DNA from: Bdellovibrionales bacterium
Lineage (GTDB): Bacteria > Bdellovibrionota > Bdellovibrionia > Bdellovibrionales > UBA1609
Direction: 5' to 3'
Assembly: GCA_965261545.1 (NCBI GenBank)
Contig: CBDHDF010000007.1
Coordinates: 160,001-224,000 of the forward strand
Length of the DNA stretch: 64,000 nt
The notes under the pieces were generated by a model. That model was not told the DNA's origin, ran no database searches, and saw only the letters and a program-made list of their open reading frames with translations. Both the position numbers and the translations under genes were made by a program. Numbering within the stretch: the first letter of the stretch is position 1; the number at the start of each line of letters is the position of its first letter. Below, in pieces: positions 51,542 to 62,013 of this stretch.

Positions 51542-51940
51542 ATTCATGGGGGCGCCTTGCTTCCCCACCCACGCCCATGAATCTTTCTAGGCCCCCACTT
51601 CTTTGCACGAAGCAACTCGGTGGACAGCTTCGCTGGTCTATATAATTGGCCTCTTTTAGTTACTCTGGACTTTTGATGGTATTTTTGTCATGTATGATTC
51701 CGATACAATAAAGGATAAAGCAATAACATTATTGGAAGGTGATAAGATGAGTGGCCGTTGAATAGATTGGTAATTTTAATTCCGTGAAGTAACATGGTCT
51801 TGAGCTTTGGATCGAACCCACGCATGTACCTGCACTCTGAGTGTATGGACGTATAGTAAGTTGACCTATTTTCGCTTTAGAATTTATGGCAAAATCCCAA
51901 GGCTCTAGTTTTATCACCTTCTTTTTTTCTAACAGAAAGG
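51542..51940 (+). ncRNA. Candidate bridge RNA in the IS110 left non-coding end
   Basis: ~400-nt non-coding region upstream of the recombinase; internal loop holding TGAATAG and GTAAC, which match the IS66 TIR; transcript boundaries unknown. Confidence 0.6.
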
Positions 51941-51949
51941 AGGAGTCAT

Positions 51950-53150
51950 GTGGATATTATTTATAGTTCTGTTTGTGGAATAGATGTTCATCAACATATG
52001 TTGATGTGTACGATTGTCAAAGTGGAAGACGGTAAGAAGAAGTTTTTCACAAAAGAGTTCAAGAATTTTCCAAAAAATTTTCCTAGAATGCGCTCTTGGA
52101 TGAAGCCACATAAGGTTGAGAGAGTTCTTTTTGAGAGCACAGGGATTTATTGGAATTCTTTATACGATGATTTGACAGAAAAAGGTTATGAAGTAGATGT
52201 TATCAATGCCTTTCATGTCAAAAATATTACTGGTAAAAAAACTGACGTGTTGGATAGCCAGTGGATTGCAGAGCTTGGTGCTTGTGGTCTTCTAAGAGCT
52301 AGCTTCATTCCTCCACGTGAGATTCGTTCTATTAGACTTTTGGCTCGTTATCGTACAAAAACGATCCGCCAAATATCTTCGGAACAAAATCGTATGTATA
52401 AGGTTCTTGAATATTCAGGCATTCGTTTAACCTATGCAATGTCTAAAGCTGACTGCGTATCTGGTATGGCCATGATTCGTGCCATAGCTAATGGAGAGAG
52501 ATCAGTTTCTAAATTGATGTCTCTTGCCAGAGGGTCTTTACGTCAAAAGACCGAAGAATTTTCTTACGCCCTGTCGGGAAAGATGACGGAAGAAAATCGT
52601 TTTGTTCTTCAACGCATTCTTGATCGAATAGATTTTTTGAAAAAAGAATGCTCTCAAATTGAAGAAGAACTTTTCATTCGTATGAAACCCTATGAAAGGC
52701 AGTGGCATCTACTCCAGACTATACCTGGAATTGACGAATTAAGTGCAGCGCTTTTGATTGCAGAAATAGGAGGCAATGTGAAGTCTTTTAAAAATAAAGG
52801 AAATTTTTGCTCCTGGATGGGGATTTGCCCATCCAATAATGAGAGCGCAGGAAAAAAAGTCTTCACGAACGAGGAAAGCGAACACATATGTGAAATCGTT
52901 GGTATGTGAGATGGCCAATAGTGCTATTAAGACGAATTCACAATTCAAAGGCAAATACCAATCACTTGTTATAAGGCGTGGGCACAAGAGATCAGTGATT
53001 GCCGTTGGTCACAAAATGATGGGAGTTGTTTATTCAGTCATAAGTAATGACACCCCCTACAAAGACCCTGGAATTGACTATGAAAAGCTCATGGTGAAAA
53101 AAAATGCACCAAGGTGGATTAGAGCGTTAAAAAAGTATGATTTCATGTAA
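51950..53150 (+). pseudogene. IS110 recombinase, frameshifted at an A7 run (52852-52858)
   Basis: GIDVHQ, FESTG, KTDVLDS, IPGID, PSNNESAG; C-terminus SSRTRKAN is in another frame. Confidence 0.85.
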
Positions 53151-53238
53151 TGTAGGATGATTTAAAAACTCGGACATTTGAAAAAATTCGAAGAACGGAT
53201 AGTGGATTCGTGCGTCCAAACTACCCCGGAGATTCATA

Positions 53239-54953
53239 GTAACTATTCAGGGTGTGCCGCATTAATTCGAACAATTTTTTTAAAAAAAGTATAAAAATTC
53301 TTGACAAGTTTTTGAAGCAAACGACCTCTTTCATTTGTTCTTTATCGAATATGTTCCTGCATATGCCTTAAACTCTCTGAGAGCCATAGTATTGAAAGAT
53401 TGTGAAACATAGGTCGCGGGGGGCACTTCTCATTCCTTTTGCTTCTTAGAACGAATCCTAGTGCATTTTTTTTAATGAAAAAAAGGCATGTTAATATTTT
53501 CATAAGGTAAGTATGAAAATAGAAAATATTGACGTGTCTTCAGCCATAAATAAAATCAGGAAGCTTCTTAAGAAAGAGAAGTCCCTTTCTCCCGCTTTTA
53601 TTGTGGCCATTGAGTTGTTGATCAAAATCATCACTATTCTAGTAAATCAAAAAAAATTAAATAGTCAAAACAGTAGTATTGCCCCTTCTCAAGATCCGAA
53701 TGGCCCTAAAAAGAAACCTAAGGAAGAAACTGGTAAGAAGCCAGGAGGACAACCCGGACACGAAGGAGCTACTTTAAAACCCGTGGATACTCCAGACAAG
53801 GTGGAGTTCATTTCTATTAATAAAGAGGAACTTCCTCCAGGTGATTACATTTCTTCTGGAGTTGAAAAGCGTCAAGTATTTGAGGTAGACCTTTCTGTGC
53901 ATGTCACGGAGTATCAAGGAGAAATCCTCGAAGACCAAGATGGGAATCAGTGGGTTGCAGGTTTTCCAGAAGGAATCAATAACCCAACTCAATATGGCCC
54001 TTCTGTGAAAGCTCACTCAGTTTATATGTCCCAGTTTCAGTTAATCCCTCATCTTCGAGTCGCAAGTTACTTTAATCAATGGGGTCTATCGCTTGCTGGA
54101 TCTACGGTACACAATTTTAACAAATCTGCCTTTGAGGCTCTGGAAGCTTTTGAGGAGTGGGCAAAGGAAACTCTTCTGAACTCACCTTTGATTCATGCTG
54201 ACGAAACTGGAGTGAATGTTAATGGGAAGAGGCTGTGGTTTCACCTCTTGTCCAATGATACTGTGGTTCTCTATCAGGTGGACGAAAAAAGAGGCGCAGA
54301 GGCTATGGATCGCATGGGAATTCTTCCAAAATACACAGGGATTGTTTGTCATGACCATTGGAAACCTTATTATACATATACTTCCTGCATTCATGCCCTT
54401 TGCAATGCGCACCATTTAAGGGAGCTTCAAAGAGCTTGGGAGCAAGATGATCAAAAATGGGCAAAAGAAATGAAGTCTCTTTTAGAGACAATAAACAAAG
54501 AGGTGCACGATACGCAGAACCAATGCCTTTCACAAGACCGAATTGAATATTACAAAGAGAAATATCGAAATATTCTCTTCGAAGGGGAAAAGGAATCTCC
54601 ATTAATGGAGAGGACAGAGAAAAAAAAGAAGGGAAAGGTTAAACAATCCAAATCTAGAAATTTACTAGATCGACTGAGAAACTTTGAAGATGATACCTTG
54701 CTATTTATGAAGGACCCCATAGTTCCATTTACGAATAATATAGCAGAAAATGATCTGAGAATGACCAAAGTTCAGCAGAAAATATCTGGGTGCTTTCGTT
54801 CGTTGATGGGAGCCAAGACATTTTGTAGAAACCGAAGCTTTCTCCTGACTTGCCAGAAAAATGGCATAGAACCTAAAGATGCTCTAAATATGCTATTTCA
54901 AGGAAAACTTCCCTCATTTATGACTCGAATTCGCCCACCCCCTGAATAGTTAC
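53239..54953 (+). mobile_element. IS66-family element (TnpC only, ISBst12-like)
   Basis: TIRs GTAACTATTCAGGGTGTG and CACCCCCTGAATAGTTAC; 8-bp TSD AAATTATC displaced to 51529-51536 and 56662-56669. Confidence 0.92.
53513..54949 (+). CDS. IS66 transposase TnpC
   Basis: NSQNSSIAPSQD, PGGQPGH, HADETG, CNAHHLREL, PFTNNIAENDLR, KISGCFRS. Confidence 0.95.
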   Translation: MKIENIDVSSAINKIRKLLKKEKSLSPAFIVAIELLIKIITILVNQKKLNSQNSSIAPSQDPNGPKKKPKEETGKKPGGQPGHEGATLKPVDTPDKVEFISINKEELPPGDYISSGVEKRQVFEVDLSVHVTEYQGEILEDQDGNQWVAGFPEGINNPTQYGPSVKAHSVYMSQFQLIPHLRVASYFNQWGLSLAGSTVHNFNKSAFEALEAFEEWAKETLLNSPLIHADETGVNVNGKRLWFHLLSNDTVVLYQVDEKRGAEAMDRMGILPKYTGIVCHDHWKPYYTYTSCIHALCNAHHLRELQRAWEQDDQKWAKEMKSLLETINKEVHDTQNQCLSQDRIEYYKEKYRNILFEGEKESPLMERTEKKKKGKVKQSKSRNLLDRLRNFEDDTLLFMKDPIVPFTNNIAENDLRMTKVQQKISGCFRSLMGAKTFCRNRSFLLTCQKNGIEPKDALNMLFQGKLPSFMTRIRPPPE

Positions 54954-56661
54954 TATGAATCTCCGGGGTAGTTTGGACGCACGAATCCACTATCCGTTCT
55001 TCGAATTTTTTCAAATGTCCGAGTTTTTAAATCATCCTACATTACATGAAATCATACTTTTTTAACGCTCTAATCCACCTTGGTGCATTTTTTTTCACCA
55101 TGAGCTTTTCATAGTCAATTCCAGGGTCTTTGTAGGGGGTGTCATTACTTATGACTGAATAAACAACTCCCATCATTTTGTGACCAACGGCAATCACTGA
55201 TCTCTTGTGCCCACGCCTTATAACAAGTGATTGGTATTTGCCTTTGAATTGTGAATTCGTCTTAATAGCACTATTGGCCATCTCACATACCAACGATTTC
55301 ACATATGTGTTCGCTTTCCTCGTTCGTGAAGACTTTTTTTTCCTGCGCTCTCATTATTGGATGGGCAAATCCCCATCCAGGAGCAAAAATTTCCTTTATT
55401 TTTAAAAGACTTCACATTGCCTCCTATTTCTGCAATCAAAAGCGCTGCACTTAATTCGTCAATTCCAGGTATAGTCTGGAGTAGATGCCACTGCCTTTCA
55501 TAGGGTTTCATACGAATGAAAAGTTCTTCTTCAATTTGAGAGCATTCTTTTTTCAAAAAATCTATTCGATCAAGAATGCGTTGAAGAACAAAACAATTTT
55601 CTTCCGTCATCTTTCCCGACAGGGCGTAAGAAAATTCTTCGGTCTTTTGACGTAAAGACCCTCTGGCAAGAGACATCAATTTAGAAACTGATCTCTCTCC
55701 ATTAGCTATGGCACGAATCATGGCCATACCAGATACGCAGTCAGCTTTAGACATTGCATAGGTTAAACGAATGCCTGAATATTCAAGAACCTTATACATA
55801 CGATTTTGTTCCGAAGATATTTGGCGGATCGTTTTTGTACGATAACGAGCCAAAAGTCTAATAGAACGAATCTCACGTGGAGGAATGAAGCTAGCTCTTA
55901 GAAGACCACAAGCACCAAGCTCTGCAATCCACTGGCTATCCAACACGTCAGTTTTTTTACCAGTAATATTTTTGACATGAAAGGCATTGATAACATCTAC
56001 TTCATAACCTTTTTCTGTCAAATCATCGTATAAAGAATTCCAATAAATCCATCCCTGTGCTCTCAAAAAGAACTCTCTCAACCTTATGTGGCTTCATCCA
56101 AGAGCGCATTCTAGGAAAATTTTTTGGAAAATTCTTGAACTCTTTTGTGAAAAACTTCTTCTTACCGTCTTCCACTTTGACAATCGTACACATCAACATA
56201 TGTTGATGAACATCTATTCCACAAACAGAACTATAAATAATATCCACATGACTCCTCCTTTCTGTTAGAAAAAAAGAAGGTGATAAAACTAGAGCCTTGG
56301 GATTTTGCCATAAATTCTAAAGCGAAAATAGGTCAACTTACTATACGTCCATACACTCAGAGTGCAGGTACATGCGTGGGTTCGATCCAAAGCTCAAGAC
56401 CATGTTACTTCACGGAATTAAAATTACCAATCTATTCAACGGCCACTCATCTTATCACCTTCCAATAATGTTATTGCTTTATCCTTTATTGTATCGGAAT
56501 CATACATGACAAAAATACCATCAAAAGTCCAGAGTAACTAAAAGAGGCCAATTATATAGACCAGCGAAGCTGTCCACCGAGTTGCTTCGTGCAAAGAAGT
56601 GGGGGCCTAGATAAGATTCATGGGCGTGGGTGGGGAAGCAAGGCGCCCCCATGAATGTTAC
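54954..56661 (-). mobile_element. IS110-family element, copy B, inserted at the right TIR of IS66
   Basis: Reverse complement of copy A. Confidence 0.9.
55042..56247 (-). pseudogene. IS110 recombinase, copy B, with two frameshifts
   Basis: 4-bp GGAT duplication near 56050 and an A8 run near 55334-55341. Confidence 0.85.
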
Positions 56662-57139
56662 AAATTATCAAGAATAAAATATTATCAAAGTGGAATTATT
56701 CAATAGTTCCATCCTAAATTGAATTGTGAATTGTTCAACTTATTTTGACACACCTCCTTAGTTTTGGACCTAGTTCAAACTCTGGGGAATTCAATTACGT
56801 AACAAAGCAAGTTTCATATATAAATATACAAATGAGACAAGCACAAGAGACGTGATCTTTATTGAGACAAAATCAATTTTTACTAGACTTTGGTAGAATC
56901 CCTTAGTATCCTTAAAATTAAGAAGCAGCATGATAAAGATTAAGAAATATATATAAGAATACGAAACCAATAAGAATTACGAAATAAAATTAAAGACTCC
57001 ATGGACCGAAGGCTTTGACGAGTGGCCTAAGGGTCCTAGCAAAAGAAGAGAAGCGGCACAAGGAAGTGCTAAAGTAGAACGTATATGCAAAAGGAGGTGG
57101 CACGAAAAAATAAAGCTAACTTCGGGCAATTCCTTTCTT

Positions 57140-57220
57140 TGATCAAGGCAAACTAGGGGAAACACTAGGACGCAAAACTAAGGAGCTAAGGTCGTGGATG
57201 ACTAAGCTTGCCAGTTGCCA
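57140..57220 (+). ncRNA. c-di-GMP-I (GEMM) riboswitch aptamer
   Basis: GGCAAAC-stem-GAAA-stem-GACGCAAAAC...GCTAAG...CCAGTTGCC consensus. Confidence 0.85.
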
Positions 57221-57288
57221 GAGAAAACTGATTATTGGCTTTGAAATAAAATGGAAGGATATGACCGGGGAACAATACATATCCCTGT

Positions 57289-57326
57289 AAGCCCACCTTG
57301 ATTTGCTAAGGTGGGCTTCTTTTGTT
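57289..57326 (+). terminator. Intrinsic terminator
   Basis: AAGCCCACCTT/AAGGTGGGCTT stem followed by CTTTTGTT. Confidence 0.75.
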
Positions 57327-57487
57327 GCAACTCGCCGTGTCGCAACCCTAGGAATGTTTCAACTCGACAGTGAGAGCTAAATAAATCCACTCCGAGAACT
57401 GAAAAATGGCTCAATAGGCCCTGCGACAGCGACTAAACTATTTAATTGTAAGATTTTTATATTGCCTTATCACTTGAAGGAGCTATA

Positions 57488-58396
57488 ATGCTGCGAATGA
57501 GATGCCACAATGAAAATAAGCCTATGAAGCCATCCATGAAAGTCGAATCCACAATAAGGGAACAAATACTTGTGTTCTACATGGTGCTTCTGATGATGAT
57601 GGCGATATCAGTGGCTCATCCACTTGGTGCTGCCACAACAACCACTGCTGCCCCCCCACAACCCACATTCCAAAGTGAGAACCAAGAGCCCAAGGGGATG
57701 GTTGAACCGACAACTGTGAAGAAGGCCGTGACGAAGACTGTTGCTAGCAGCGCTTTCGATTCAACCCTTACAAAGACTCTCAAAAGATATCATCGTGCCC
57801 AAGATGTCTCTTCAACTCTGACCAAAGAGATGACCTTTCCCCTTCTTGGGAAAACACAAATGAGTCAGGGTAAATTGTATTTTTCCAAAGGCAAACTACG
57901 CATGGAAATACAAGGGGCAGATAAAATGACCTTGGTTTTGGATGGTCAGAAGCTATGGATAGAGAGAAGGTTTAGCCGTGAATTGGGAGGCCAAGTTCAA
58001 GTGATGCAAATGGCTCTCCATAGCGAAGAGAAAAGCCTTCAAAGTTTGCTGCCTCTCATTTTAGGCCAAAAGAGTTTCTTGGAAGACTTTGATATTGCGA
58101 AAAAGAATATTGTGAAAAAGAATATTGCAGAAAAGCACCTTAAGCACAAAGGCCAAAAGGGTCAGCAGGTCTTTGACCTTCGACCTAAGGCAGGGAAAAA
58201 ATACCAAAACCTTGTCCGAATGGAAATAACTATTGAACGCGAAGAACTCAAAGAACTTATTTATTGGGACGAGCTTGAAAACAAAGTTCATTACAAATTC
58301 GGTGGGCCTCAGTTCAATACCAAGATTTCCCAGAAATATTTTTCGTACTTACCTCCCAAGGGTGCAAAGGTCATAAACCACAAACTACAAAGGTAA
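57488..58396 (+). CDS. lolA: LolA-family outer-membrane lipoprotein carrier (start uncertain)
   Basis: SQGKLYFSKGKLRME, LVLDGQKLW, FSYLPPKGAKV; upstream of rimO. Confidence 0.75.
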   Translation: MLRMRCHNENKPMKPSMKVESTIREQILVFYMVLLMMMAISVAHPLGAATTTTAAPPQPTFQSENQEPKGMVEPTTVKKAVTKTVASSAFDSTLTKTLKRYHRAQDVSSTLTKEMTFPLLGKTQMSQGKLYFSKGKLRMEIQGADKMTLVLDGQKLWIERRFSRELGGQVQVMQMALHSEEKSLQSLLPLILGQKSFLEDFDIAKKNIVKKNIAEKHLKHKGQKGQQVFDLRPKAGKKYQNLVRMEITIEREELKELIYWDELENKVHYKFGGPQFNTKISQKYFSYLPPKGAKVINHKLQR

Positions 58397-58402
58397 GTCC
58401 CC

Positions 58403-59800
58403 ATGGATTCCCCCCCTCTCAAAGATCATTCCACCAAAAAAAAAGTTCATTTTATTAGTCTTGGTTGTCCTAAAAACTTAGTGGACACAGAGATGATGTT
58501 GGGTTCTCTCACTCAAGAAGGCTATGAATTGACCGAAAATGAATCCGAAGCTGAAGCCATTGTTATCAATACATGTGGCTTTATTGGTGGAGCCAAAGAA
58601 GAATCTATAAGGCATATTCTCGATGCTTCTGAACTTAAAAAGAAAGGCTCCCTCAAAAGACTCCTTGTGGCGGGTTGTCTCACCCAAAGATACAAAGAAG
58701 AACTGCTGGAGGCCCTGCCTGAGGCTGATGCCCTTATTGGGTCAGGTGAGTTTCAGAATATCGCCCATATCATGAAGGAAATAGAAGAAGGCACCACCAC
58801 CGGGCGATCCAAGCTCAAATCTTTTTTTCACAAACCAACTTTTTTGCAACAAGACTCAACTCCAAGGCTTCGTTCGGGTCCCAAGCATATGGCTTACCTC
58901 AAAATATCAGAGGGCTGCAAAAAGAGATGTGCTTTTTGTGCTATTCCTCATATCCGAGGGAACTTGCAATCTCGAACTCTCGATGGAGTTGTCAGCGAGG
59001 CTAAGCTTCTTGTGGCCAGTGGAGTGAAAGAACTCATTGTCATTTCCCATGATTTTACAGATTACGGTTGGGACTTGCGCAGAAAAAATCATGGGGCTTT
59101 GGAATCACCCAAAGAGCTTTTGCGTCGTTTATCTGATGAATCGGGTGCCCAGTGGATTCGAGTTCTTTACCTTTATCCCGACGGCATTGATCAAGAACTT
59201 GTTGAATTAGTGAAAGAACGCCCTAACCTTGTCAATTATTTTGATATACCTTTACAACATATCAACAATGATATGCTAAAATCCATGAATCGAAGAATGA
59301 CACGACAGCAGATTGAAGAGGCTCTTCAGATAATAAGAAAAGAAATTCCCCATGCAGTGATTAGAACTCAATTTATTGTGGGTTTTCCTGGAGAAACAGA
59401 AGAATCGTTTCAAGAACTCTTGGATTTTGTCGAAGAGCAGAAGTTTGATCGTGTGGGAGGTTTTAAGTACTCACGAGAAGAAGGGACAAAGGCTCACAAC
59501 ATGGACCACCAAGTGTCGGAAGAAATAAAATCCGCAAGATATGAGCAGCTTATGACTCTTCAAAGAAAAATAAGCCGACAAAAGCATCGCTCCTTTGTGG
59601 GAAAAACCCTTTCTGTGATCATAGAAGGTCTCAGTAAAGAAACCGACCTTTTATTGAAAGGTCGGTTTTCCCTTCAAGCTCCCGAAATTGATGGAGTGAC
59701 CTATATCAACTCCGGGGAGGCCAACATAGGCGATATTGTTCCCGTCCTTATCACTGATTCCCACGACTACGACCTCGTGGGTGAGATTGTAGAAACCTAG
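58403..59800 (+). CDS. rimO: Ribosomal protein S12 methylthiotransferase RimO
   Basis: SLGCPKNLVD, NTCGFI, CKKRCAFC, YLYP, APEIDG. Confidence 0.96.
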   Translation: MDSPPLKDHSTKKKVHFISLGCPKNLVDTEMMLGSLTQEGYELTENESEAEAIVINTCGFIGGAKEESIRHILDASELKKKGSLKRLLVAGCLTQRYKEELLEALPEADALIGSGEFQNIAHIMKEIEEGTTTGRSKLKSFFHKPTFLQQDSTPRLRSGPKHMAYLKISEGCKKRCAFCAIPHIRGNLQSRTLDGVVSEAKLLVASGVKELIVISHDFTDYGWDLRRKNHGALESPKELLRRLSDESGAQWIRVLYLYPDGIDQELVELVKERPNLVNYFDIPLQHINNDMLKSMNRRMTRQQIEEALQIIRKEIPHAVIRTQFIVGFPGETEESFQELLDFVEEQKFDRVGGFKYSREEGTKAHNMDHQVSEEIKSARYEQLMTLQRKISRQKHRSFVGKTLSVIIEGLSKETDLLLKGRFSLQAPEIDGVTYINSGEANIGDIVPVLITDSHDYDLVGEIVET

Positions 59801-59801
59801 T

Positions 59802-61950
59802 TAGTTCCTGTCCAGGGAAGAAAGTTAAGTAGTTTTAAGTATTTACATGCCTTCCCTTTAGATTTTATGCTTTAAAATGGAGTCCATCAAACATAATCCG
59901 TGTAAATTCAGTTACTTACATAAAACGGAAAAATAAAATAAGTTCCCCCCCCTCTCTTGACGAACCTTTCACAGCCCCTCCCTTTCAGTGACTTATGTGG
60001 CTATCAACTGGTTACTTGATATGAGAGGAAGAGTTGGATCAACCTGTGTTTCCACCGTGGTGATTTCAAACCTCCTTCAGGGAAATAACATTACGTTGCG
60101 CATCAACTTCAAAAAATACTTGACGTGTTTTTTCAGAGAAATAATTTTTGATATTTTATTCTTCATTTATTTTTTATGTAGGTTTTAGGAGGCGTGGGAA
60201 CCTCTCTATGAGGTAGAATTCTTATCCATGTTCTCCGAGAACCTCTCTGATTTTTTTCTTCTTAAAAGACATCCTTGCTCACTTTTTTCCCTCAAAAAAA
60301 CGTATGTTAATATAAAAATTAAAGAGAAACTTTCACCAAAGGGGGGACTATGCGCCATTTGAAGAAGACACAGTTGGGACTCTTTTCCCAATATCCTAAC
60401 CACCAACTCAGTACAGAATTGCAGCAAATTAATAACATCATTGATCGCCATCCAGAGTTTGCCCATATGGTTCATGAAGACCTTGTTAAAGAAAAGAAAG
60501 ATTCTGGTGATATTGGTATGACATCGGAGCAAGTTCTCAAGGTGGCTATTCTTAAATCCATAAGAGGTCTTTCCTATCGTGCGTTAGCCTTTAATCTTGT
60601 CGATTCAGTATCCACCAGAGCTTTTCTGGGCCTTGAATTGGAAGAAAATTACGCTCACTCCACCTTACAGGACTTGATTGTTCAAATAAGTGAAGAAACT
60701 TGGGGAATTATTAGCGCCTCTTTAGTTTCAGATGCAAGAGATCAAAAGATTGAGCCGTGTAAGAAAATGAGATTGGACAGTACAGTGACGAAATCAAATA
60801 TTCATCATCCAACGGATGCATCGCTTTTATATGACTGCATAAGAGTTACAGAAAGAGAATTTAAAAAAGTTCGTAAAAATGTCATGAAAGATTTTTGGCG
60901 ACTTATTTCAAGAGAAGATCTTAAGAGAGCAAAAACCTTGCTTTACAAAATTAATAATTCCAAAAATGATGCGGAAAGACTACCTTGCTATAAGGAGCTT
61001 TTAAAAATCGCTACCAAATTGAACAAAGGATTACCTGATACCATCAGAAAGATAAAAAAAGAACAAAAATGTGTGAAGATGAATGCTTTGAAAAAGAGTC
61101 TAAAACAGTTAGAAAATGTTGCCTTCTACCTGGAAAAAATCATCTTTCAAACTCAAAAAAGAGTTATTGAGGGGAAAAAAGTATCTTCTGAAAAAAAGGT
61201 CCTATCCATCTTTGAACCGCATACAGACATTATTGTAAAGGGGCAAAGAGAAGTCGAGTTTGGGCATAAAATCTTTCTGACCTCAGGGCAAAGCAACATG
61301 ATTTTAGATTGTCAGATCCCTGATGGCAACCCCGCAGACTCTGATATGTTTTTAAAAGTTATGAATTCAGTGACACAAACCTATGGGGCTTGCCCTGTAA
61401 AAGTAAGTGCAGATGGTGGGTTTGCTTCAAAAGAAAATCTTGAAGAGGCCAAAGAGATGGGGGCTAAAGATGTTTGCTTCCCAGAAAAAAAAGGAATGAA
61501 AATATTAAAGATGGTTAAAAGTGCTTGGGTCTTTAAAAATCTTCTCAATTGGAGAGCCGGAATAGAGGCTGTTATTTCATTCCTTAAGAGATGTTTTGGT
61601 ATGAGAGTTGCTTACTGGAAAGGGCATGATGGTTTTAAGAGGTATGTAAAGAATGCCGTTTGTGCCTATAATTTTGTTGTCTTGGCAAGACATGAATTAT
61701 CAACTGTCACCTAAATTTATCCATTAGGAATAACAGCAATGGACCAGGTCGAAGGTGCTAAAATCTTCCAAAGGTAGGGGTGCGTCTTCAAATCGAAAAA
61801 ACTAGGGCGCAAGTCGCTTAAAGACCTTTTTCCCCTTAATCTGTAGAGTTTGTGTGGCAAATCTCCAACTCTCACTCCCCCATTGAGGCATTGGGAGGCT
61901 CAATGGGGAGTGTCAGAGAACAAAAAATGGGCCTTTCTGGACAGAAACTA
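59802..61950 (+). mobile_element. ISNCY (ISDol1-like) or IS5-related element, no TSD
   Basis: IRs TAGTTCCTGTCCAG and CTGGACAGAAACTA. Confidence 0.75.
60350..61714 (+). CDS. DDE transposase
   Basis: RLDSTV..NIHHPTD, SIFEPH, EFGHK, ADGGF, RAGIEAVISFLKR. Confidence 0.92.
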   Translation: MRHLKKTQLGLFSQYPNHQLSTELQQINNIIDRHPEFAHMVHEDLVKEKKDSGDIGMTSEQVLKVAILKSIRGLSYRALAFNLVDSVSTRAFLGLELEENYAHSTLQDLIVQISEETWGIISASLVSDARDQKIEPCKKMRLDSTVTKSNIHHPTDASLLYDCIRVTEREFKKVRKNVMKDFWRLISREDLKRAKTLLYKINNSKNDAERLPCYKELLKIATKLNKGLPDTIRKIKKEQKCVKMNALKKSLKQLENVAFYLEKIIFQTQKRVIEGKKVSSEKKVLSIFEPHTDIIVKGQREVEFGHKIFLTSGQSNMILDCQIPDGNPADSDMFLKVMNSVTQTYGACPVKVSADGGFASKENLEEAKEMGAKDVCFPEKKGMKILKMVKSAWVFKNLLNWRAGIEAVISFLKRCFGMRVAYWKGHDGFKRYVKNAVCAYNFVVLARHELSTVT

Positions 61951-62013
61951 AATATGCTATTTCAAGGAAAACTTCCCTCATTTATGACTCGAATTCGCCC
62001 ACCCCCTGAATAG
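61951..62013 (+). mobile_element. 63-bp remnant of the IS66 right end
   Basis: Matches 54887-54949 and stops 4 bp short of the terminus. Confidence 0.9.

Larger units (their letters stand above)
51537..53238 (+). mobile_element. IS110-family element, copy A, inserted at the left TIR of IS66
   Basis: ~1.7-kb inverted repeat of 54954..56661; GTAAC at both junctions. Confidence 0.9.

Noticed and set aside
13226..59092. Numerous short antisense or alternate-frame ORFs over housekeeping genes and FN3 repeats
   Set aside because: Shadow ORFs that overlap well-supported genes and carry no motifs.
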